DNA from: Solirubrobacteraceae bacterium
GTDB lineage: Bacteria; Actinomycetota; Thermoleophilia; Solirubrobacterales; Solirubrobacteraceae
Reading direction: 5' to 3'
DNA: 64,000 nt
Assembly (NCBI GenBank): GCA_029263125.1
Contig: JAJCYD010000005.1
Coordinates: 103,720 to 167,719, forward strand
A program made the translations under genes and the position numbers. The notes under the pieces were generated by a model that ran no database searches, was not told where the DNA came from, and saw only the letters and a list, made by a program, of their open reading frames with translations. Of the stretch, positions 26,918 through 34,596 are shown piece by piece (position 1 is the first letter of the stretch; every line of letters begins with the position of its first letter).

Positions 26918-28510
26918 TCAGCGCAGCTCGATCGCCCGCGGCATGGTGAAGGTCTTGTAGGTCTTGCGGTTGCGGGTGGTCTTGCGCACCCTCGTGCTCA
27001 GGCGATACACCGCGGCCGGTCCGTCGGGGGCGTCGATCGTGACGCTGTAGCGGCCCTTGGAGTCCGGGCGGATGCGCTTGACGACCTTCGTGCTCTTGCA
27101 CGACACCCGCTGGCTGACGACGATCCTCGCGACCGGCCGGCCGAGCGGCAGGATCACCCGGCCCGACAGCCGGACCTTGCCGCCCGAGCTGCGCGGCGTG
27201 TTGATGACCATCCGCCTGCGCAGCTTGAGGGCCAGCGAGCGCTCCTTGCCGACGATCGCCTGATAGCGCGCCCGGTTGGTGTTTCGCAGGCGCTTGGCCG
27301 GCAGCTTCGTGCGCGCGGTGAAGCTGCCGTCCGAGCGGATCTTCGTCGTCGTGACGGTCTTGCCGGTCCCGCGGAAGCGGATCGAGACGGTCCGGCCCGC
27401 AAGGCTGCGATCGGCGACGCCCAGCAGCCGTACCCGGCCTTTGAGCTCCTTGACGTCGGTCAGCACGAGCCGGCGGGAGGTGCAGCCCAGCACGAGATCA
27501 GCGGCGGCGTTCGCGGATTCCGGTGCGCCGCAGGCACCGGAGCCGCTGACGATCGCCTCGCCGACGACGAGATCGGCGAGGCTCTGTCCGAGGATCGAGA
27601 CCTGCACGCGCAGCGCCTGCTGGCGCAGGGTGGTGCCCGCGCGCGTCTGCTGGCCGGGCGTGACCTTCACCTGCGCGAGCGTCGCGGGAATGGCGATCGT
27701 AGGCAGCGCGTCGAGCACCGCCTTGACGGTCGTCCGCAGCAGCGTTCCGAAGAGGGCGTTGTCGAAGCTCAGACCAGCCGGCAGCGCGATCAGCGACAGG
27801 TCGACGTTCGAGGGATCGATGCTGCCGCTGTCGATCAACGTCAGCACCTGATCGAGCGCGCCACCGATGCCGAGGTCCTGCCCGAGCACCGAGATCCCGG
27901 CCACGGTCGAGGTCCCGCTGAGCTGTGGCGTCCCGCCCGTGGCGCACCGCGCGGCGGCATACGCCATCGCCCCCTGCACGCGCAGCAGCTCGGCGGTCGG
28001 CAGCTGACCGTTGGGCACGAGCGCCTGGAGCGCGGGGCGCAGGTCCAGCGAGAGGTTGGCGATCGACCCCAGGATCGGTGTCAGCAGCGTTTGCAGGGTG
28101 CCCGTGATCGGGACGGTGACGCTCGCGAGCGCATCGCCGATCTGGGCGGTCGGGAGCGTGATCGGCAGCTGCGGCAACGCCAGGACGCGCACGTCGGCGA
28201 TCCCGCCCGCGGCTCCCGCGGTCTCGGCGCCGGGCGATCCGCCGAAGACCGTGTTCGCGCTCACCGCGTTGGCGGACAACAGGACCGGCAGGGGAGCGTT
28301 GAGCCCGGCGGCGGCGGTGCGGCAGGCGCCCGAGCCGCGGTTGGCGACGACGGGCTCGATGACCGCACCGCCGAGCACCGTGCCGCGAACGGCGCTGGCC
28401 TCGCAGCCGAAGGACGCGGCGGATGCCGCCGACGGCGCAGCCGCCGAGGCAAGCGCGGCGATCAGCGCGGCGGTCAGCAACCCGGCGCGATGTGAGCGAA
28501 GGTGACGCAT
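26918..28510 (-). CDS. Secreted hypothetical protein: Ala/Gly/Leu-rich region followed by two very basic beta-sandwich-like repeats
   Basis: GAGGAG RBS, then MRHLRSHRAGLLTAALIAALASAAAPSAASA signal peptide. GSGAC occurs twice. The C-terminal repeats are G(R/K)VRL.G...GR.V.I...IR.D..G.(F/Y) (carboxypeptidase-regulatory-like). Confidence 0.7.
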   Translation of the reverse strand: MRHLRSHRAGLLTAALIAALASAAAPSAASAASFGCEASAVRGTVLGGAVIEPVVANRGSGACRTAAAGLNAPLPVLLSANAVSANTVFGGSPGAETAGAAGGIADVRVLALPQLPITLPTAQIGDALASVTVPITGTLQTLLTPILGSIANLSLDLRPALQALVPNGQLPTAELLRVQGAMAYAAARCATGGTPQLSGTSTVAGISVLGQDLGIGGALDQVLTLIDSGSIDPSNVDLSLIALPAGLSFDNALFGTLLRTTVKAVLDALPTIAIPATLAQVKVTPGQQTRAGTTLRQQALRVQVSILGQSLADLVVGEAIVSGSGACGAPESANAAADLVLGCTSRRLVLTDVKELKGRVRLLGVADRSLAGRTVSIRFRGTGKTVTTTKIRSDGSFTARTKLPAKRLRNTNRARYQAIVGKERSLALKLRRRMVINTPRSSGGKVRLSGRVILPLGRPVARIVVSQRVSCKSTKVVKRIRPDSKGRYSVTIDAPDGPAAVYRLSTRVRKTTRNRKTYKTFTMPRAIELR

Positions 28511-28628
28511 GAGCTCCTCAGAACCCTTCGGCCGCTGCGCCACAAGGCTTGAGTCGCGCTTGCGGCGCATCACTGATCGCCATCGCATCGCACACCAACG
28601 CGAGCCGCCGGTGCGACACGATGCAGCG

Positions 28629-29666
28629 ATGCTGACGATCGCCGACGCCCGAGACCAGTGGGCACCGCAGGGCGTGTTCCTCAACACCGCGAGCTATGGC
28701 CTGCCGCCGCGGGCGGGCTTCGACGCCCTGCAGGCGGCGCTCGCCGAATGGCGTGACGGCCGAGGAAGCTGGGAGCGCTGGGGGGAGAGCACCGAGGGCG
28801 CGCGCGCGGCATTCGCCTCGATGGTCGGCGTCGAGCGCGCGCGCGTCGCGGTCGGCGCCACGGTGTCGGAGTTCGTCGGGCTCGCCGCCGCGTGCCTGTC
28901 GCCCGGCTCGCGCGTGCTGATCCCCGACGTCGAGTTCACGTCGACGCTGTTTCCGTTCCTCGTCCAGGAAGCCCGCGGCGTCACCGTCACGACCGTTGCG
29001 CCATCCCAGCTTGCCGAGGCGATCGACGCGCGAACGGATGTCGTGGCGTTCAGCGCCGTGCAGATGAGCACCGGCGAGGTCGCCGACCTCGACGCGATCA
29101 CCGCCTCAGCCGCCCACCACGGCGCCCTGACGCTGCTCGACGCCACGCAGGCATGCGGGTGGCTGCCGATCGACGCGACGCGCTTCGACGCGATCATCGC
29201 CTCGGCCTACAAGTGGCTCCTCTCACCGCGAGGCACGGCCTTCATGGCCGTCGGCGACCGCTGGCTGGAGCGCATCGTCCCCCACAGCGCCGGCTGGTAC
29301 GCCGGCGAGGACGTCCACTCCAGCTACTTCGGACCGCCGCTGCGCCTCGCGCGCGACGCGCGCCGGCTGGACACCTCGCCTGCATGGTTCTCGTGGGTCG
29401 GCGCGCAGCCGGCTCTCGAGCTGCTCAACCGCATCGGCATCGCAGCCGTACATGCTCACGATGTCGGACTCGCCAACCGTCTGCGGGCCGGGCTGGGCAT
29501 GGAGCCCTCCAACAGCGCGATCGTGTCCGCCGATGTCGCCGACGCCGCGGGTCGCCTGCAACGGGCCGGTATCGCCGCGGCGCAGCGCGGCGGGCGCCTG
29601 CGGGTCTCCTGCCACCTCTACAACACCGAGGACGACGTCGACGCAACGCTCGACGCGCTCGCCTGA
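28629..29666 (+). CDS. Class V aminotransferase-fold PLP enzyme (possible EgtE-type C-S lyase)
   Basis: DATQACGW...ASAYKWLLSPRG (PLP lysine context). Lies 70 nt upstream of egtB on the same strand. Confidence 0.75.
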   Translation: MLTIADARDQWAPQGVFLNTASYGLPPRAGFDALQAALAEWRDGRGSWERWGESTEGARAAFASMVGVERARVAVGATVSEFVGLAAACLSPGSRVLIPDVEFTSTLFPFLVQEARGVTVTTVAPSQLAEAIDARTDVVAFSAVQMSTGEVADLDAITASAAHHGALTLLDATQACGWLPIDATRFDAIIASAYKWLLSPRGTAFMAVGDRWLERIVPHSAGWYAGEDVHSSYFGPPLRLARDARRLDTSPAWFSWVGAQPALELLNRIGIAAVHAHDVGLANRLRAGLGMEPSNSAIVSADVADAAGRLQRAGIAAAQRGGRLRVSCHLYNTEDDVDATLDALA

Positions 29667-29736
29667 ATCGCAGCGGCACCCTGCCAACGCGCCGCGTTCA
29701 CGATTTGGTCATGGCCCACGGGGTAGCGTCCCCGTG

Positions 29737-30843
29737 ATGGCGACGACGACGTCCCTCGGGGAGGCGCTGCAGGACGTACGCGCGAGAACGCTCGACCTCG
29801 TCTCCCCCTTCTCGCATGCGGAGCTCGAGCGCGTGCAGCACCCGCTGATGAGCCCGCTGGACTGGGATCTCGGCCACATCGCCGCCTACGAGGATCTCTG
29901 GCTCGTCCATCGCCACGGCGGCGAGCCGCTGCTGCGCGGCGACCTCGCCGACCTCTATGACGCCTTCGAGACGCCGCGCGACCAGCGCGGCGAGATCGCA
30001 TTCCTGCGCGGCCAGGACGTCTTCGACTACATCGCGGAGGTGCGCGAGCGCTCGCTGGATGTGCTCGACCGCGTCGGCCCCGGCGACGGCACGCTCTTCG
30101 AGATGGTCATCCGCCACGAGGCCCAGCACAACGAGACGATGCGCCAGACGCTCTTTCTCGGCGGCCTGCCCGGCGGCCGCCCCGAGCCGCTCGCGGACGG
30201 CGCTCCGCCGCACGAGAGCTGGATCGACATCCCGGCGGGCTCGTTTGCGATGGGCGCCGGCGATCACGGCTTCGCCTTCGACAACGAGCGCCCGCGCCAC
30301 GCCGTCGACGTGCCCGCCTTCTGGATCGCGCGCCACCCGGTGACCAACGCCTCGTGGATGCACTTCGTCGAGGGCGGCGGCTACGAGCGCCGCGAGTGGT
30401 GGTCGGCCGAGGGGTGGTCGTGGAAGGAGGAGTACGACATCACCCACCCCGAGGGCTGGACGGCGGACGGGCCGGCCGATGACGACCACCGACCCGTCCT
30501 GCACGTCTCCTGGTTCGAGGCCGACGCCTTCGCCCGAGCGCACGGCGCGCGCCTCCCCACCGAAGCGGAGTGGGAGAGGGCGTCGACCTGGACCCAGGAG
30601 CCCTTGCAGGACGTCGGAGCGGCGTGGGAATGGACCTCCACGTGCTTCGACGGCTACTCAGGCTTCCGCGCGCACCCCTACCCCGAGTACTCCGAGGTCT
30701 TCTTCGGCCAGGGCCATCGCGTGCTGCGTGGCTCCTCGTGGGCGACCGAGGACCGCGTGCGCGCCACCACGTTCCGCAACTGGGATCTCCCCGTGCGCCG
30801 GCAGATCTTTGCCGGCCTCCGACTCGCAAAGGACGTGACGTGA
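29737..30843 (+). CDS. egtB: Ergothioneine biosynthesis sulfoxide synthase EgtB (DinB-like plus FGE-sulfatase domains)
   Basis: WDLGHIAAYEDLW...RHEAQHNETM (DinB-like), then FDNERPRHAVDVPAFWIARHPVTN...HVSWFEADAFARAHGARLPTEAEWE...VLRGSSWAT. Confidence 0.85.
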   Translation: MATTTSLGEALQDVRARTLDLVSPFSHAELERVQHPLMSPLDWDLGHIAAYEDLWLVHRHGGEPLLRGDLADLYDAFETPRDQRGEIAFLRGQDVFDYIAEVRERSLDVLDRVGPGDGTLFEMVIRHEAQHNETMRQTLFLGGLPGGRPEPLADGAPPHESWIDIPAGSFAMGAGDHGFAFDNERPRHAVDVPAFWIARHPVTNASWMHFVEGGGYERREWWSAEGWSWKEEYDITHPEGWTADGPADDDHRPVLHVSWFEADAFARAHGARLPTEAEWERASTWTQEPLQDVGAAWEWTSTCFDGYSGFRAHPYPEYSEVFFGQGHRVLRGSSWATEDRVRATTFRNWDLPVRRQIFAGLRLAKDVT

Positions 30844-31835
30844 TGGAGCCGATTCTCGCGGGCGATATCGAGGTGCAGTCATACCTCGGGCCTGGCGACG
30901 AGCGCACGCTCGCCGACGATGTCCTCGACGGCCTGACCCGGCCGTTGAAGGAGCTGCCCCCCAAGCACTTCTACGACGCGCGCGGCTCGGAGCTCTTCGA
31001 CGCGATCTGCGAGCTGCCCGAGTACTACCAGACGCGCACCGAGCGCCTGATCCTCCAAAGCAGCGCCGAGGACATCGTCGAGGTCTCCGGCGCGGCCGAG
31101 CTCGTCGAGCTCGGGTCGGGGTCGGCGAGCAAGACCCGCGTGCTGCTGGACGCCATGTGCGAGGCCGGCACGCTTGAGCGCTATGTCCCCTTCGACGTCA
31201 GCGCCACGACGGTGCACGCGGCGGCCGACACGCTCGTGCAGGAATACCCGGGGATGTCGGTGCACGGCGTCGTCGGCGACTTCGAGCGCCACCTCACGCA
31301 CCTACCCGAGGCGGTCGGCCCGCGGCTCGTCGCGTTCCTCGGCGGCACGCTGGGCAACTTCCCGCCCGGCAGCCGGCGGCGATTCCTGCGCGGCCTGCGC
31401 AACGTGCTGGGCTCCGACGGCCACCTGCTGCTGGGCACCGACCTCGTCAAGGACCCGCGCGTCATCGAGGCCGCCTACGACGACAGCTCGGGCGTGACGG
31501 CGCAGTTCAACCTCAACGTGCTGCACGTGCTCAACCGCGAGCTGGACGCGAACTTCGACGTCGACGCCTTCGAGCACGTCGCGTTCTTCGACCGCCAGCG
31601 CGAGTGGATCGAGATGCGCCTGCGCGCGACCGACGTGCAGCGCGTGCACATCGGCAAGCTCGGCCTGGACATCGACTTCGCCGCCCGTGAGGAGCTGCGC
31701 ACGGAGATCAGCGCGAAGTTCACGCCGCAGCGCCTGGAGGACGATCTGCAGGCCGCGGGCCTGGAGCTCGTCGAGCTCTACACCGATCCCGAGGACCTGT
31801 TCGCCGTGTCGCTGTCGCACCGCGCCGGCGGCTGA
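30843..31835 (+). CDS. egtD: L-histidine N-alpha-methyltransferase EgtD
   Basis: LKELPPKHFYDARGSELFDAICELPEYYQTRTE...VELGSGSASKTRVLL...FLGGTLGNF. Its ATG shares one base with the egtB stop (TGATG). Confidence 0.88.
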   Translation: MEPILAGDIEVQSYLGPGDERTLADDVLDGLTRPLKELPPKHFYDARGSELFDAICELPEYYQTRTERLILQSSAEDIVEVSGAAELVELGSGSASKTRVLLDAMCEAGTLERYVPFDVSATTVHAAADTLVQEYPGMSVHGVVGDFERHLTHLPEAVGPRLVAFLGGTLGNFPPGSRRRFLRGLRNVLGSDGHLLLGTDLVKDPRVIEAAYDDSSGVTAQFNLNVLHVLNRELDANFDVDAFEHVAFFDRQREWIEMRLRATDVQRVHIGKLGLDIDFAAREELRTEISAKFTPQRLEDDLQAAGLELVELYTDPEDLFAVSLSHRAGG

Positions 31836-31841
31836 GCGGCG

Positions 31842-32234
31842 TCAGCCGGACGCAAGGTCCTCGGGCAGCTCGACGGTCCAGCCGTCGAAGGCGCACGGGC
31901 CCTCGGCTGCGCCCGCGGCGACCATCCACATCACCCACCTGTCGATCATCTCGCGGTCGACCGCGGTCGGCTGCGTTGCCCCCGCCACGACCCACTCGCT
32001 CTTCTTCGACGAGCTCTTGGCCTGCGTACGCGCGTCGACGTCGTAGTCGGTTTCGGCCTTGATGAAGTCGACGAGATGCTGCGCCTCTGCCTCGCCGGGG
32101 GCGAGATAGATGAAGCACAGCCGCAACAGCGTCTGCTCGGTGACGCCGTGGCTTTCGAGCATCTTCCAGATGCCCGCGTTCGCCCGCAGCTGCTGGGAGA
32201 GCAGGAGATCGAACCACTCGCGCTCGTCGCTCAT
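31842..32234 (-). CDS. RraB-like (regulator of ribonuclease activity B family) protein
   Basis: General RraB/DUF1260 layout ending ...AAGAAEGPCAFDGWTVEL. Assignment is from motif memory. Confidence 0.5.
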   Translation of the reverse strand: MSDEREWFDLLLSQQLRANAGIWKMLESHGVTEQTLLRLCFIYLAPGEAEAQHLVDFIKAETDYDVDARTQAKSSSKKSEWVVAGATQPTAVDREMIDRWVMWMVAAGAAEGPCAFDGWTVELPEDLASG

Positions 32235-32256
32235 GGACGCGTGAAGGCCGAGCCCA

Positions 32257-32718
32257 TCAGCGCTTGGGCATCGTCTCGTGCTTGGAGCGCTTGCGGCCCT
32301 TGTTGAGCTGCTCCACGACGAGCGTCGCGTTCTTCTTGAAGAGCACGAGCACACCGTCGGTCAGCGCGACCTCGGAGTCCAGGTCCCCGGCCTGCTCGCC
32401 GCCGACGTGCAGCTCGAGGTCGCCGCGCTCGTAGGCCTCGATCGCGATCGTCGTCATGACGGCGGTGTCGACGGCTTTGCCCTCGCGCTTGCGTCCCGCC
32501 CAGCCGTTGAGCTCGGAGGTGACCGACGGCGGAGCGGAGATCAGGCCACGGAAGCCCCGCCCGCGATCCAGCTCGGAGTTGTGCTCCTCGGTCTCCTGCG
32601 TGACGCGCCTGGTGATGAGCTCGCGCACGGTCAAGCTCTCCTGCGCCTGCAGCCTGTACTCCATGAGCCACTCGCCGTCGCCCATCTCGTCTCGGCATTG
32701 CACCGTCAGTTCGGCCAT
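32257..32718 (-). CDS. Hypothetical soluble protein (153 aa) with a basic C-terminal tail
   Basis: Balanced composition and high GC3. Lies 22 nt upstream of the RraB-like gene. No family recognised. Confidence 0.6.
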   Translation of the reverse strand: MAELTVQCRDEMGDGEWLMEYRLQAQESLTVRELITRRVTQETEEHNSELDRGRGFRGLISAPPSVTSELNGWAGRKREGKAVDTAVMTTIAIEAYERGDLELHVGGEQAGDLDSEVALTDGVLVLFKKNATLVVEQLNKGRKRSKHETMPKR

Positions 32719-32842
32719 GTTCGAAGCTCCTTGATCGCCCGCATACCAGTCATGTTCGCTTGTTCCTACGCGCGGCGCGTCTCCGCGGAACAGCGCGCGG
32801 TCCTCGATGCCGGTCTCTCCGCCCGACTAGGGTTCGCCGACG

Positions 32843-33607
32843 ATGCTGATCGATGGCTCAACGGCGCTCGTCGTCGGCGGCGCCTCCGGGCTCGGCGCGG
32901 CCACGGTCCGCGCGCTCAGCGAGCGCGGCGCGCAGGTGGTGATCGCCGATGTCGACGTTGAGCGAGGCGAGGCGCTGGCCGGCGAGCTCGGCGCCCGGTT
33001 CGTCACAGCCGACGTCACCGACGCCGAGCAGCTCGCGGGCGCCGTCGGCGCCGCGGCGGCGCTGGCCGGCGGACTGCGCGTCTGCGTGCAGTGCGCGGGG
33101 ATCGGCCATGCCGAGCGGATCGCGCGCAGCCGCGGCCCGCACGAGCTTTCGTCCTTCGAGCGTGTGATGGCGATCAACGTCGTCGGGACGTTCAACGTCC
33201 TGCGCCTCGCTGCCATGGCCATGCGCTCCAACGATCCGGCCGGCGAGGACGGCGAGCGTGGCGTCTGCGTCACCACCGCCTCGATCGCGGCCTACGACGG
33301 GCAGGTCGGCCAGGTCGCCTATGCGGCCTCCAAGGGCGCGGTCGCAGCGATGACGCTGCCCGCCGCACGCGAGCTCGCCGGTTCGGCGATCCGCGTCTGC
33401 GCGATCGCCCCGGGCCTCTTTGACACCCCGCTGCTGGCGGGCCTGCCGGCGGACGCGCGCCAGCAGCTCGCTGCGTCGATCCCCTTCCCGCCGCGCCTGG
33501 GCCGCCCGGAGGAGTTCGCCCGCCTGGCCTGCGAGATCGTGGCCAACCCGATGCTCAACGGCGAGGTCATCCGGTTAGACGGCGCGCTGCGCATGGCCCC
33601 CCGCTGA
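32843..33607 (+). CDS. Short-chain dehydrogenase/reductase (3-hydroxyacyl-CoA dehydrogenase type II-like)
   Basis: [14 protein letters not shown] (TGxxxGxG), NCAGI-like CAGIG, and YAASKGAV (YxxxK). Confidence 0.85.
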   Translation: MLIDGSTALVVGGASGLGAATVRALSERGAQVVIADVDVERGEALAGELGARFVTADVTDAEQLAGAVGAAAALAGGLRVCVQCAGIGHAERIARSRGPHELSSFERVMAINVVGTFNVLRLAAMAMRSNDPAGEDGERGVCVTTASIAAYDGQVGQVAYAASKGAVAAMTLPAARELAGSAIRVCAIAPGLFDTPLLAGLPADARQQLAASIPFPPRLGRPEEFARLACEIVANPMLNGEVIRLDGALRMAPR

Positions 33608-33732
33608 GCGGGCGTCCCGTTGAACGTGTGGTCCCGCCACCCGGCGCCGGTGCCTGGGTGGCTGCTGGAGCAGTGGCGCAGCCGTCGAGAAGGAGTCGTG
33701 TGCAGCACCGGGGCGACAAGTCCTCAGAGCGC

Positions 33733-33845
33733 GTGCACAACTGACGGCTCGTTGATCGCCCGCAGCCAATCCGGCAGTTATGCATCAAGGTGATGCATAA
33801 GCGCCGAGTCGAGGATCACGCCGGGTCGATCCGTCACTTGTGCAC
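33733..33845. repeat. 113-nt nested-palindrome element, copy B
   Basis: Ungapped 92/113 identity to copy A in the same orientation. Terminal repeats match 14/14 and 13/14. Apex reads ggcagttatgcatca-agg-tgatgcataagcgcc. Confidence 0.9.
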
Positions 33846-33905
33846 ATGCAAACCGCACGACGCTTCATCAGGTTTGGTGACACACCTGCACCGCCGCGTT
33901 GCGCG

Positions 33906-34253
33906 ATGATGGGTGCCGTGGCATACGACGAAGATCTCGCAAACCGCATCCGCGAGCTGATCGCCGCCGAGCCCGGCGTGACCGAGAAGCGGATGTTCGG
34001 GGGACTGGCGTTTCTGATCGGCGGCCACATGTCGGTCACAGCCAGCCGCCAGGGCGGCTTGATGGTGCGCGTCGACCCCGACCAGACCGACGACCTCCTG
34101 GCCAAGTCTCACGCGGCGCCGTTTCAGATGCGCGGCCGCCGGCTGCGCGGCTGGCTGCGGATCGATGCCGACGGCGTGCGCACCAAGCGCCAGCTCGAGC
34201 CGTGGGTCAGGCGCGGTGTCGGCTACGCCCGCTCGCTGCCTCCCAAGTCCTGA
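33906..34253 (+). CDS. TfoX/Sxy N-terminal-domain protein
   Basis: YDEDLANRIRELI...EKRMFGGLAFLIGGHM...LMVRVDPD. The longest ORF start (33840) lies inside the repeat element, so I use the downstream ATG. Confidence 0.7.
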   Translation: MMGAVAYDEDLANRIRELIAAEPGVTEKRMFGGLAFLIGGHMSVTASRQGGLMVRVDPDQTDDLLAKSHAAPFQMRGRRLRGWLRIDADGVRTKRQLEPWVRRGVGYARSLPPKS

Positions 34254-34288
34254 TTTCAACCCAGCGCGCGGTATCCGCTCGACGAGCG

Positions 34289-34426
34289 CTCACCAATGGC
34301 TTCGCTCTGGCCTTCGAGGTCGGGGCCGGGTTCTGCGCCGCGGGCGCGCTCGCCGCGGCGCTGCTGCTGCGAGCGCACTCGGCGCCTGAGATGGCGCGCG
34401 GCGACCTGGAGCCGGCCGGCGCGTGA
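34289..34426 (+). pseudogene. Possible C-terminal remnant of an MFS-type transporter gene
   Basis: The tail of a spurious long ORF reads ...LTNGFALAFEVGAGFCAAGALAAALLLRAHS..., like the last TM helix of MFS efflux pumps. No upstream body is present. Confidence 0.25.
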
Positions 34427-34596
34427 GAGCGCGAGGGTCAGCGGCGGCGTGGGATCCGACGGCAACGCTTGGGAAATCGTCAGGACAATCGTGCTGTCGG
34501 ATCCATCGTCGCGGTTGCGTACGCGCGTTCTCCGTAGGAGTAGCGCTTGGTCTCGTCCAAGGTGCAGCCAGCGCTCGTGATGCGCTGGTTGCGCGT

